Shown here in pieces: positions 11,114 through 23,126 of a stretch of DNA of 62,763 nucleotides. The notes beneath the pieces were generated by a model. It worked only from the letters and a program-made list of their open reading frames with translations, ran no database searches and was not told the origin of the DNA. How positions within the stretch are numbered: position 1 is the first letter of the stretch; every line of letters begins with the position of its first letter. The position numbers and the translations under genes were made by a program. Source of the DNA: Psammoneis japonica (lineage: Eukaryota); the NCBI GenBank assembly GCA_008632985.1, contig QPGO01000008.1:848979-911741 (forward strand), in the 5' to 3' direction.

Positions 11114-12800
11114 AGTGGCCACCCTGTTTGTAATCCAGCAAGACAAAACTGGGGAGCCATTGGAGGTGTGAAGGATGCAGCATGAAAGGAGGTTGCCAAG
11201 GTTGCGTGACCGATTGCAGCAAACGATCATGCGGTCTAAGCCAATGCGCTGTCGGTTGTGATTTCGAATGTTGGCAAGTGCCTGGGAGCAGGGTCGAGAG
11301 GTCATCGTTCCTTTCCATGTCTTTTGTGGTTTGCTTGATGGTGGGTTGTTTGGATGGTGTGGGACATGTGGGAAGATGGGAGGATTGGTTGGGGGCTCGT
11401 CCGCAGTTGTTTCATTGCCAAAGAAATGGTTGCATGCCTTTTGGAAGATGGGTTGGAGCTTGCCAGGCTTGCAGCCTCGAGCAAGCAGTCAATGGCAAAG
11501 AAGTTTCATCTTTGTTTTTTGCATTGGTGGGGTCTGAGCAAAGCTTCTTGAAGTGGAAGAGCATGCCCACAATTGGGTGGGTGAGTGCTCCAGGCGGGTG
11601 AGCTGAATGTGGAGGGATGCACAGACATAAATTCATTTCTTTTTTGTAAAGAGTGGTGTGCAGGTGGGAGCCTTGGAGTGCAATGGTGAGGTCCACAAAG
11701 TTGGCTTGGTGGGCTCTTGGACTCGTGACCCAGTTGATGTTGCAGTCATTCATTCTGGAGGCAAATGCATTCCAGCAAGCGGCGTCGGAGGTTGACTCAG
11801 TGATTTGCCAAATGCCAAAGATGTCATTGACAAATTGTCTGCAGAAAACAAGGTTTGTGCCAAACTCCTCCAGGAGAGTGGCTTCATGTAAAGCACAAAC
11901 GAGCGTGGCACATGGCAGGGCCGGTGGTGTGCCCATTGCGGTGCCATTGCGTTGGAGCCATGCAGTGTCGCTGAAAGCAAAGACATTGTGTTTCATTGCA
12001 ATGCGGAGGGCTTCAACAAGGGCTTCTGCTGGCACATCTTGGAATTCATTCTCATGTTGTTGCAGGTGGGCCACAATTGCTTGAAGGGCTTTGTTCGTTG
12101 GGATGTTTGAGCAGTGGGACTCGGCATCAGAGGTGAAAAGAAGGCAGTTTGGTGGTGCCGCCATTTGGACTAATTCATTCTTGAGGTCCAACAAGCTTTT
12201 TGAGCAAGATGGTTGCTTGCGTGTGACTTTTTGCAGCTTGTTGTCTGCCCAGATGCCTGAGCCATAGAGCAGGAGGCTGCCACTTGTGGAGACGATGGGT
12301 CAGGATTTCAGCGGTGGGGGCTTGTGCACCTTTGGAGTGAGGCAGAAGACAGGGAATGGGGTTTCGTCAGTCTGAACATGATGTTTGAGATGCTTGCATT
12401 CCATCGGGGTTAGATCATCTTTGCATTTTTTGATCCAGTCAGCAAGAAGTTTTCTGATGTGGTGTTCATGCACGGCTTTGAAGGCGCTCAGGTGTTGGTG
12501 CGTGGTCACGTTGTTGAGGTGGTCATGAAACGCCATCTTGATGTGCTCAGTTTTTTCTGTGATGGCAGGGCCCAGGTTCTTGTCACATTGGGTGACAACA
12601 AAGTCATCTTGTTGGCACAGGCAGACAAGTGTGCAGTGTTGGTGAGGGAGTGGGTTGGTTCTGCCTCTGTGTTTGGCAAAGAGCTTGGCAAGTCTCTTCT
12701 TGAAAGAGGCACAAGAATGTTCTGGGTCTGCTCAATTGGCAACCACTTGGTGGCTCTCAGTTTTTTCGCTGCTGTGCTGCCTGTTGTGTGAGTGGGTTTT
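11113..12800 (-). mobile_element. Decayed Penelope-like element (PLE) reverse transcriptase
   Basis: Ordered PLE-RT motifs: CDKNLGP, LTPKVHKPPPLKS*PIVS, SDAESHCSNIP, QRNGTAMGTPPA, FCRQFVNDIFGIW, NFVDLTI, LYKKEMNLCLCIPPHSAHPPG, RMIVCCNRSRNLGNLLS. Interrupted by stops and frameshifts. Confidence 0.85.
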
Positions 12801-15473
12801 GTCAATGTTCCAGGTTGGCTCCCTTTGTGAGAGTGGTGAGCCAGGTTGCATTTTGTTTCTTTTGCAAGTGGGTGGTGAGCAGCAAGGTTCAGGGGGGCAG
12901 CAACTCTTGCCTCAAAAAGAGGCACCTTGGTGGTGCTCTCATGCCCAAGGACAGCATGCGTGCACAACATGTGCACCTGTGTTTTTCAGACAGCTGTTGA
13001 TGGCTCAGCTCGTGGAAATGTGAATTGTGCAAGCCTTGATGCTGCAGAAATTGGTGCAACAAGCTGATTTCACATTCTTCTTGGGCAGACCAAGTTGCTG
13101 CCAGCATTTTCTGCAGATGACCACCAAGTCAGGTGATCAGCGGTGGCATTCAGCCCCCAGACTTTTTGTTGCTCACACCTGCAGCTTGGAATGGGAACAC
13201 CACAGCCAGCATGTGCTTGCACTCCAACAACTCCAAAAATTGCAAACAGCCAAATCAACAAGACATGGAGCTGCACAGCAATCACAGGTCAAGTGCATGA
13301 AGGGGGCAGGACTCATGCTTGCTGCAAATGGAGGTGGGGGTTGCAGTTGTCTTGCACAGCAGGTTGTGAAATTGGATGTGAAGCCATGGACCCACTGCCA
13401 AGAAAGCATGAGCAAAGCAAAGTGCACAGCTCCAAAGTCTCTGGTCATGCAATGACATGAAAAACACACGGGCACCCTGCACATTGTGGGAGAAGCTGGC
13501 TGTGGCCAAGGAGGGTGCATCACTCCTTCTTTTGCTCAGATTGTTGTGCATGATCATCTTCCACACAAGAATGGGGGAAAAATCAATTGTTCCAGCAACA
13601 TTGCACACTGTCCAGAGAAAAAAAACAGATCTAAATTTTTGGTGCTGTTGCTCTGCAGCCAGCCAGGCTGGTGGTGCTGGCTGACCCGCACTCCCAGTGC
13701 ACTGCTTCAGCATGGCAGGAGCTTGCATGGGACCAGCCAAAGCCAGCACTGCCAGAAGGTGACACCCCACCAAAACAACTAAAAAGGAACAACTTGTGTG
13801 AGGAATTTGTTGCGTGCTTGTTGGCAACAGCCACAAAGGGCACACCACAACTGCAAAAAATAATTGCACAACTCAGATGGGTTTTTAAAAGAGTCCACAA
13901 AATGCTTTGGGACATGCTGCCAAAACTGGCACAAACTGACACTTCAAGGCCACTCAGTTTTGCACCAAGGAGAACCACAACAACGTGAGAAGTTCACCAC
14001 TCAAAGCAGCAAGCAGAAGAAAGATTGGACTTGGATGCATTGAGCTGGGAGCCTTGAAGGCAAGATGAGCAGGTCATTGGGGAAAAACATTTGTTGCACA
14101 CAGAAACAATGTTGGACCTTGTGCAGAAAAGCTGGCGAACACAGCAAATGGATGACAATCAAATGGCACAGAAGGACAACTCATGTTCATGCTTGCAAGG
14201 GCCACAACAGAGGCAGCACTTTCACTCTGAAGAGCAAAGGACTTGATCAAACAATGAAGAGAATGGTGGGTGGCATTGAAGACCAGCTGGTGTGGACAGA
14301 AGCAGCTTTGAGATGTGACAACTGGACCATCAATGGCATCACACAGAAACAACACCAGATCTTTTGCAAAAAAGCCAATGAGAGCAGCAAATTGATGACA
14401 ATCAAATGATGCTAAAGGATGACTCCCCTTCTCACTGGAAAGGGCCACAACGGAGGCAGCAGGAGTGCTTTTGCCCCAAAGAGTGAAGGACTTGACTGAA
14501 CAGCAGAGAAAAGAAGCAGCATTGAAAACTGGCTGGCAAGGGTGAAAGCAGTGCAGAGATGTGACATGCAGATCATCAGCAGTTTCTGCTGAACCACAAG
14601 GAATTTGCACTGGAACCTGTGCAGAAAATGTTTCTGACAAGAGAAAATTGTGAGAAACAACAGCCAGCACGCGAGTCGCGAGGCTTTGACACTCGTCATT
14701 TTCCACTGAAAAACATTGCGCATCATGCTGCAACAAGGTTGTGCCATTGGCAAATGTGGACAAAACAATGGGCTTGTTGGAGCCAACATGACACTGTCTG
14801 AGAAGGCAACATCAGCATGAGAAGTTGCACAGAAACCCACGCAGATGCCAAGGTGTGCAGCTGACGTCAAAAAGCCCCTTCTCTGCCCAGAGCAACAGCA
14901 GCAATGGGCCAACCCACACACCTTCAGCACACTGCACACTGCTGCAAAAAGTGTGACAACAATTGGCCTGCCTTGGTGCCACTCTGTGGTTCCCACCCAA
15001 AGTGACCAGCAATGGTCCTTGCACCCTGATTGTCTTCCACATGAGGCAGTTGAGAATCCCCTTGGCCCCATTTCTTCCCATCATCCAGGTTTCAGTGCAA
15101 TCATCTCACAACAAATCTTTTCCCCCATTGGCCTTTGCACAAAATATACAACCAAACAGGATTCTCTTTGGCACCGCAAAAAACCAAATCCGAAAGAAGA
15201 CAAACCACTCTTTGCGTCGTGAGTGCGTTCCTGGTAGCGCAGGCTAGCTAGCTCGCTGCTGCTAGAGTAGGGAGGCTACAGCAGGGCAAACGACTGGGAT
15301 CCTTTTAGTTTTCTCTGGCTTCTTCCTCATTGCAACATATGATCAGCAAAAGCATGAAGAAAGTAACTTTAATAAACCCTCGCTAAACTACCATTTTCTC
15401 CATCTGCGACACTGGCGATTCCATCATTTCGTTTCAGTCATCTGCTTCCACTTCGGAGTATCTTCCCCGCCCT

Positions 15474-16256
15474 TTAGACTTGGCCTAGAATTTCAGCTCG
15501 CTTATGATCGTATTCAGTTGAAGAGAGGTGGTGCTTCAAACTTTCTAGCTCACTAAGTCGTTCTGCGGACGTCTTGACACTACTGCCGCGACTGTCGACA
15601 GTTTCGGGCGAGTAAAAGGCTGTAGCCATCGGAATACTGCTCTCGGGTGTGACATCGGCGACATTTACTTCGATATAAGACGACATTGCATGACTTGAGT
15701 CAGAGGAATCACCGTGACTCCTGAAGATTGGTGCCTCAAGACGAACGTGGAAGCTGAGTGACGGTTTCTTGTTGGACTCTTCCTCACAGACACGTCGAAC
15801 TGAGTTGTTCACTTGAGTTGTTTTCGAATTCACATAGAACAATGCGGTAATCGTTATAGCCATAATGATAATCCATGGTGCCAAGAAGAATGTCCAATGG
15901 CGAAACACGGGACCACTACCACCGTTGTCAGAAACGACAGCAACGACGTACAAAAAGACTCCAACAAAACTCAGCAGCGTGACAACCATGCGTGCAAGAT
16001 TCACCTTCTTTACCATTACTAACGGTTCGAGCGCTTCATCGAGGCGATCACAAAAATTGATCCATTCAAGGCCACTCATGTACTCATTCAAGACAGCTGG
16101 CATTGAACGTGACACGGTGGCAGCATGGACATCGCAGACCCCCTGATGTCCTTCAAAATCGATGCGTGCCTTTGCGAAAGTCGTCATGCTCCTTCTCGTT
16201 ATTGTATTGCGTAAAATAACTTCGATTGTGACACCGTGGGGCAGGCTCTTTGGCAT
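15474..16256 (-). CDS. Two-TM membrane protein with SHOCT-like C-terminus (start may be 16187)
   Basis: 260-aa ORF with two hydrophobic helices and C-terminal AERLSELESLKHHLSSTEYDHKRAEIL. Confidence 0.7.
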   Translation of the reverse strand: MPKSLPHGVTIEVILRNTITRRSMTTFAKARIDFEGHQGVCDVHAATVSRSMPAVLNEYMSGLEWINFCDRLDEALEPLVMVKKVNLARMVVTLLSFVGVFLYVVAVVSDNGGSGPVFRHWTFFLAPWIIIMAITITALFYVNSKTTQVNNSVRRVCEEESNKKPSLSFHVRLEAPIFRSHGDSSDSSHAMSSYIEVNVADVTPESSIPMATAFYSPETVDSRGSSVKTSAERLSELESLKHHLSSTEYDHKRAEILGQV

Positions 16257-16671
16257 TCGTCCAGGTATTGCAATGTTGTTTTGACAATATTTTCAAACAA
16301 TTTTGTCTGGATTTGTCACAAGGAATGGTGAGTGGCGTTTCACGACTGAATTTCGAAACGAACGTCCCGCCTTCTTCCAGCACTCTGGCTACCTGCCACC
16401 TTGCTTCATCCACTCTTGCCAATGTCCTACTATTGAAAAGGACTGGGATTCCCAAATTATAGCGAGGCTTGGTGTGAGTTATGTCGTAGTGCGACGACCG
16501 TCCTTCCAAATGCTGAAAGGACGCAGCTGCAACGCAAACGCTGTTGGTGTAGTGTACGCGAATTCTAACCTTACGGGTACAAGATAAGCGCTTACTTCCC
16601 GGCAGACAATTTTGTGACTATCGGCGCCATAGAAAGCCACACTCGTAGGTCAAGAAGATTAGCCACAAGTT

Positions 16672-18126
16672 TTAAGCCCTGCTTCTTGCATCAACAAGTT
16701 CTTGCTCTCGAAGAAGCCAATACTTTTTCCTGATTACATCATGTTCTGTGGCAAGACTCCTGGCCAAGCTTGCAGCCTTAGAATAGAGTAAAACCACCAC
16801 ACTAAGCGTTAGATGCAGAATGCAGAACATTCAAAATCAAGAAATTGTCTTGGCATTTCACTCACGGCCTGAAGTGATTCACTATCCCCTTTCATTTCTA
16901 GCAAGTCGACACGAGCAGCAGCAAGGTTCGCACAGCCCTCAGGATTACGTCCGGCATCTTTCAGAACTTGTTTGAGCTTTATCGATTTCATGTCGTAGCC
17001 ATCCACGAGTGACGTGGTATCCCTCGATTGAGCGTTGGCGATCTGTTCTTTCATGACTGCGACAAGGTATCTCCACGGTGATTCGTTGTAAGGATCCAAT
17101 TCTGCCCCTTGAAGCGCGTAATCTGCCTCTTTTATAGCCTCCTGTAACTCCAATGGCTCTTTTGTCCCTTGATGAGAAGAGAACCACCGTTGATTCCAAG
17201 CCGAGTTGTTTCGCGGGTCGTCCAAGATTAATGAATGAGCTGTAGCGGTTCGAAACGATGATTCCGAGGGCATTTCAAATAGACGAGAAAAACAGCAATT
17301 CACGGGTGTAAACATATGTCATCTGTAGTCCATGAAAATTACAGAGCTTGAACTAACGAAGAAAGCTCACCATATTCCTTTTCGGCCTGCCAAAGTTCGT
17401 CGGTGTTGACAGTTCCGACAATCCATTGTCGATACGACCAAGCCTGCTCCACAATGAAGAAGGCACAATTAGTAAAAGGCAGAGGAAAGAACCATGTTGG
17501 TAACATCTCTTAAAGTGGAGGAAATACTACTTACATGATAGTTCTTGCCATCATTGCTCAACACACCTGCAATGTACTTCAGCTCTTGCTCAACAATTGT
17601 GTCCTTCGTCTCGGTTGGCATGGTCAAGATCAATTCCACCAATGCTCGTCGGTGGTACCAAATTTGATAGTTTTTCGGATTACTGCCTCCCAGTGCTGCT
17701 GCAAACTCCAAGTCGTTCGTTAACGGCGCGTCGTCGTTGCCGTGGTCTTGAAGTGCTTGCAGGCACTCTCTTCTGAAATGCCAGATGGTGTAGTTGGCTG
17801 GGTTCAACTTCAAGCAAAGCCCAGTCAGACGCAGCGCTCGTTCTTGTGTCAAAAAATAAAATCAATCAGAGAAAACAGTAAAGAATCCATGGATGAGCAA
17901 AAGCACAGCCAAATTAGCCTAGCAGTCAAGACGAAAGAGTAATACGAAAACAAAACATACCGCTCTTTTCGTTCGCCTTCAAGACGGCTCGCATGTAGTT
18001 ATACGCTTGCGTGAAATCGTCAGAATAGTCGATTACACATACAGGATTAGGCCCATCATCTTGAGGGATGGGAGTAAGGTCAGAAAACAGAGCAGGCAGG
18101 TCGGATACGGAGAGGAGCGACGCCAT
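16672..18126 (-). CDS. FNTA: Protein farnesyltransferase/GGTase-I alpha subunit (multi-exon)
   Basis: PIPQDDGPNPVCVIDY, NPANYTIWHFR, PKNYQIWYHRR, KNYH|AWSYRQW, DPRNNSAWNQR, PYNESPWRYL, last exon HDVIRKKYW ending TAA at 16672-16674. About 4 introns. Confidence 0.9.
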
Positions 18127-18476
18127 GGTGGGTGACGATGATGTGCGGCAGAATTCTGGAAATCCCCCGCTGCGCGAATTGCGCGCGAAGCCTCCTGCTC
18201 ATGGACGTCGGTCCATCCGTCCGATACGCTTACCGGTAGGTACAGTATGTACCGTACAGTACATACGATACGCTTCTTGGCTGACGTCAGTGCATCCGAT
18301 TGCGACGTTTTTGGTTTTCTGTGTTGTTTCTCATCACTCACTCTTCATCATCGGAATACATCGCTCTGTCAGTGTTGTTTGGTGCGTTGTGGTTGCCTTT
18401 CTGCCCTCGTCGTTGTAGCCCAACGTCGCTATACTTCTCTATCTGGTACTTCATTTCACAGCCGTATCGGACGACC

Positions 18477-19515
18477 ATGGCAATCTCTAGCTTGGACGCC
18501 TCAGCAGTGGATCTTTCGAGGCCAGCTCAAACAATTGTATCTTTTTCGAACTTTCTTGATCAATGTGGAGCCAAGACATGGAATCTACGAGTGGTGGCAA
18601 TTGTGATGGCAGTTTTCTTCTATCTCATTCGAATTACTCTTGGAAAAAAGAAGGGCGTTGACTGGTATCCTCTGGCACACGCTACCCTGACTGGAGTTGG
18701 CTCTGCTATGTGTATATATCTTGACGTCTTTTGGGCAGAAACATTAACAGGTGTGCCAGAACCGATTCGAAATGCGCAATGCGGAGCACCGTTGACAAGT
18801 CTTCACACCATTTTGCCTGCCATCACCATGGGTTATTCCTTGTTGGATTTCTTGGATGGACTTACGGTTGGGCCCGAGTATGTTGCTCACGGTGTAGCCA
18901 CATTTTCTGTCATGGCTTTCTTTTGTGAGACGGGGATTGCTCACCTCATGACACCAATGCTCCTTATGGAGGTACGTTCTCACGGCATGACGGGAATTAC
19001 TGAAATCTTCATTTGAAAGTTGTCGTCCCACAATTTACTCACGTGTTCGATCTCGCATTTAGATTTCAAGCATTTTTTTGGCACTCGTTAGAACAAAGAA
19101 CATGAGTCCAAGCATGCACTTGCTTTGTCAGGTATCATTTGTTGTAACCTTTTTCGTTTTTCGAGTGGTGGCAGTTCCCTACTTTTGGTTCGAACGCGTG
19201 CTGGCAGTCCGATCAGAAATTGGAAAGAATCCAGAATTCGCCAACTGTTTACCTCGATACTTCAATCCCGTCATTCCTGCCTTTGGACTCTTTTTCCACA
19301 CTCTCAACTTCTATTGTAAGTCATCTTCGACTTTGTGCATGTCGGAACTCGCACAGTATCTCATCGTCTATTCCCAATATGCTCCTCGTTGTAAAACCAA
19401 CCAAACAGGGTTCTCCAGAATCCTTCAAAAAATGTATCGAAAAATATCAGGTATCGAAAAGATTGACGAAAACAATGGATTCGGAGACGAGAATGATGTT
19501 CAAAAAGAGAAGTAG
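18477..19515 (+). CDS. TLC (TRAM/LAG1/CLN8) domain membrane protein, 2 introns
   Basis: GYSLLD...YVAHG...LLME|ISSIFL...FFVFRVV...HTLNFY|W pattern. Introns at about 18972-19061 and 19316-19409. Confidence 0.8.
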
Positions 19516-20033
19516 CGTGTGGCATGCCCCGTCAAGTCGCGACGTGGATGTCGCGTCGTCTTAATTTCTTTGTTGCAAGCAGTGTCGTGACGGCCATTGA
19601 CAGTCTGCTAGCCTATGATACTTCATACTAGTTGTAAGCTTAATGTTAAAGCTGCGACAACACACCATCTGACGCAATTTTGAGAGAATCATTCATTCAG
19701 AAACACGCCAGCAACCAGAGTTGAAGCTCACAGCACAATACATTCACAAGGCTCCCGCGAAGCTTCTTCTCCGTTTCTAGTAGGAAGCATCTGCTAACCA
19801 GCATTTGTCCAAAGAACTCGCTGCTGTCTCACTCACATCATTGGCCTACGCACAAAAAACTGTCGGGTTCACCCTCTCCGCAAACCATCCTCCTTCTGCA
19901 TACACACAATGCCCCATATCAATATGCTCAATTCGTCGAGACCGAGGGTACCTCTGAGAATAGTCAAAACAAGAAGAGCCAACCCATTATCCGTCGAGAG
20001 GACACCAATAATAATACTTCACACTTCACAATT

Positions 20034-21503
20034 CTATCCCGTTCCGTTGATCGCTGGCTTGGCAGTGCCAGAAACAACGCTTTTGGATTGGAGAAGAGTC
20101 GGGGTCACCGCTGAAGTCCCCATACCCACTTTGGGATTACCCTTTTTTGCCGCAGCCTTTCTCTTTCGTCCCTTGTCCTTTTCGCGCTCCCGTCTTCCCC
20201 TTCGCCTGGGCTTATTGTCCTTGGTGTCAACCTTCTTCTTTGCAGCAGACGCCGCCTTTCTGCGTTTGGCCTTTTGCGCTTCGCGTTTGGAACGCAAATG
20301 CAACACCAACGCTGCCACTGGCTGACCACTCTCATTAGAAACATCGGTACCCACAGAAATGGCACCTCCACCGGGAGCAGGTTTTGGACGATTAAGGCGG
20401 TCTTGCTCAGCCTTTTCTGCATTCGCCATGAATCGTCTGTAGTCAGCCGTCTGCTGGATGGTTCCTTCTCTCCTGTCTCGATGATTGCGCTCACGATCTT
20501 TCCATGTCTTGACGTTGAGGGACTGCTCCACAAGGCATCCCCCGTAAACTTGCCCAGCTCGTGCGTCGACTTGTGCCTTGTGTGAAATGGCATCAAGTGT
20601 GTTTAGCAGCATCAGACGTGCTTCAGCCAGGACACGAGAACGTTCCGCCTGTGTCATGATTGGTTCTGGCTCTTCATCAGGCGTCGTTATGAGCAAACTT
20701 CGCGGTGGAGTCAACACGAGGTAAGCGCATCCATTCTTCTCGCCACGACGTCGGCTCTTTTTCGGGGGGACAACGTATAGAACGCGAGCTGAAACAACAT
20801 TTGGGTTCTCGGGTTTCGCTGCTTTTTCTGAAGTGCCTGTAACGACAGCGGAAAAGGCTGGAGCAGAAGGCTTAGGATCATCTTTGATTTCCTGTACAGG
20901 TTTCAGATCTCCTTCTGCCTTGGCTTCCTCCTGCTTCGCCTCATCATCCGCTGCGGTTTCTGGTGGATCGGCATCAACCTCAGCTACAGTCTCCATCGTA
21001 TCTGACCCTTCCTTGGAGGCTTCGTGTTCTGTAGCTGCTATCGCAGCAAGTTCCTCAGCTCGAATGATTCGTTCGACCGATTCTTCGTCCAGGCTAACCG
21101 GAGTTGCTCCAGATGATGTCTCCGCGTTGACAGCATCCACCAGAGCTTGCACCATACCCAAGAGCTTTGCGGCTGTCCCATGGCGCTCCACGTCGGCGAT
21201 GTTTCGAATAGTGACTTTCAACTGAGGAAGTTGCAATGCAGAAGAAGTACCTCCACGCTTTGGGCGATTCCGACCGGCTACCGAGGCTGCATTGTTGCCT
21301 CGCCCCTTGTTACGACGCCTCTTTGAAGCATTCGTGGCAGTACCGTCAGCCAGTGGAGGAAGTTCCGAACCTTCTGTTTTCGGTGTTTCTGTGGGTGGAG
21401 CCCCTTCCTTTGGATAATCTACCTCTGGAGTAGTAGAAGCCCCAGCCACAGGCACCTCCATCTTGGGCGGCGGGGGGTCGGAGCCGTCAGGAGGGTCCGC
21501 CAT
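20034..21503 (-). CDS. UPF3: Smg-4/UPF3-like nonsense-mediated decay factor
   Basis: LKVTIRNI...LYVVPPKKSRRRG...CAYL...DRREGTIQQTADYRRFM resembles the UPF3 RRM-like domain, followed by a basic tail. Confidence 0.65.
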   Translation of the reverse strand: MADPPDGSDPPPPKMEVPVAGASTTPEVDYPKEGAPPTETPKTEGSELPPLADGTATNASKRRRNKGRGNNAASVAGRNRPKRGGTSSALQLPQLKVTIRNIADVERHGTAAKLLGMVQALVDAVNAETSSGATPVSLDEESVERIIRAEELAAIAATEHEASKEGSDTMETVAEVDADPPETAADDEAKQEEAKAEGDLKPVQEIKDDPKPSAPAFSAVVTGTSEKAAKPENPNVVSARVLYVVPPKKSRRRGEKNGCAYLVLTPPRSLLITTPDEEPEPIMTQAERSRVLAEARLMLLNTLDAISHKAQVDARAGQVYGGCLVEQSLNVKTWKDRERNHRDRREGTIQQTADYRRFMANAEKAEQDRLNRPKPAPGGGAISVGTDVSNESGQPVAALVLHLRSKREAQKAKRRKAASAAKKKVDTKDNKPRRRGRREREKDKGRKRKAAAKKGNPKVGMGTSAVTPTLLQSKSVVSGTAKPAINGTG

Positions 21504-21819
21504 GGGCACCTCGGTGTATGACTTGTCTTTGTGGCTGCAACCAGACAATGATTAGTCGAAGAAGTCAATTTGATGATTTTAATGACAATGCAATTCAACT
21601 ACAGTAATTCTAATATATATATACTAAATTTATATTTATATTCGTATTTTAATAATGGATTGATTATTAGAGGTCGAACATTTTTTTCTCATTTTCGCCG
21701 AAGAATGTCGTTCTTTTTGCGAGTTCCAAGTTGCCGACATCAACGCAAAGAGATATTCAAAGAAGAGCGAAGGGTGTCTCATTGTGAAGCGAGAGAGAGC
21801 GTCTCAATAGCATCACACC

Positions 21820-23025
21820 ATGTGCCAGCTGCTTGGGTTGAATTGCGCTGCACCGACTGACTTCTCATTCTCGTTTCGTGGTTTTTGTAAGCGTGGAGGT
21901 ACGTGTGATGTTTCTGCAATTCTGGGTGTTGAATTGCGTTGCACCGACTGACGTCAATTATTTCTGTTGGGTCCAAAATAAATAAGGTTGCACTGACATT
22001 CACTCGCATGGATGGGGACTCGCGATATACGAGGGGCGTGGTCTTCGCACTTTTTTAGACACGCTTCCTGCAGCAGAATCGCCTTTAGCAGATTTGGTTG
22101 CCAAGTACCCGATCAAAACATTGAATATGATGGCACATATACGATATGCCACGCAGGGATCAGTTAGCTTAGAGAATGTGCACCCGTTTCAACGAGAATT
22201 GGTGAGTGGAACACCACCGCGTGTCGTCGCTGCAATTGGGTTTTGGGTTCGCGTCGATAGTTAGAAGGGATAGAAGGCACGACTGCATGAAGAATCTCAT
22301 TCGTTCTTTTCTCTTTTCACCTGTCGCAGTGGGGAATTCAGTGGTGCTTTGCTCATAATGGTGAGGTACCCAAGTTTTCTGAAAAACATGTACATTTACA
22401 CCCGAAACTTGGAAAGACAACGGAAGAGAAAAGATGTTTCAATCCTGTTGGCGATACAGACTCGGAGGCGACCTTTTGTGCCATTCTTAATGCGCTTAAA
22501 GCTGAATTCGACACATTGCCCACACTTCCAGAGCTACACAAATTCTTGAAAATATTGTGCGATGAAATTATTTCTGGCCATGACAGTGATACTATTTTTA
22601 ATTTTCTTCTTGGCTGCGGACAGTACACACAATTTGCTTATTCGTGGCCAGGACGAAGAGAAGGAAGCAAGGTGTGGAACGGACTATACTACATTATCAG
22701 GCAGCCGCCTTTCTCGACCGCTAATCTGATTGACATGGACTATTCCATTGATTTCGAAAAAGTCACAACACCCGCCGATCGTGTGGCGGTGATCACAACC
22801 AAGCCTCTGACAAACGAAAAAGAATGGCGAGAAATGAGAAGAGGTGAATTGCTAATGTTTGACAAAGGGCTGCCATACTCAGCGTCGGAGTGTGAAGTGG
22901 TGGAGCGACAGGGAAGAGGGCTTTTGTCAAAATGTGTCCGCAAATCTATTTGCCTGTCCATGAACGAAGCCCCAAGTCCACACATTGACGGCGCTGCCCC
23001 TCTCTCTGGCGCTATCGGTACTTAG
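21820..23025 (+). CDS. Class II glutamine amidotransferase (YafJ/EgtC/DUG3-like), 2 introns
   Basis: N-terminal nucleophile MCQLLG, HSHGWGL, AHIRYATQG, ENVHPF, FAHNG, GDTDSE, TKPLT-NEKEW. Confidence 0.88.
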
Positions 23026-23126
23026 AGTAGTAGACACGACCGCTAGCTACCTACAATTTGAGGAAAGCTCACACTCATACCGTAACACCTCTAAATAGTG
23101 CTGCATTTTGATTACTATCGAATAGC

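Larger units (their letters stand above)
10100..15140. other. TpA/CpG-depleted degenerate domain 3, containing a Penelope-like retroelement relic
   Basis: Near absence of TA over about 5 kb, with sharp return to normal composition near 15140-15240. Confidence 0.85.

Noticed and set aside
10100..15140. Classical fungal RIP as the explanation
   Set aside because: RIP converts CpA to TpA and enriches TA and AT. These domains show the opposite pattern.
21595..21670. Very AT-rich tract (also 24560-24605)
   Set aside because: Short and located in divergent promoters, so probably an ordinary nucleosome-depleted region. Too short to argue for a centromere or origin.
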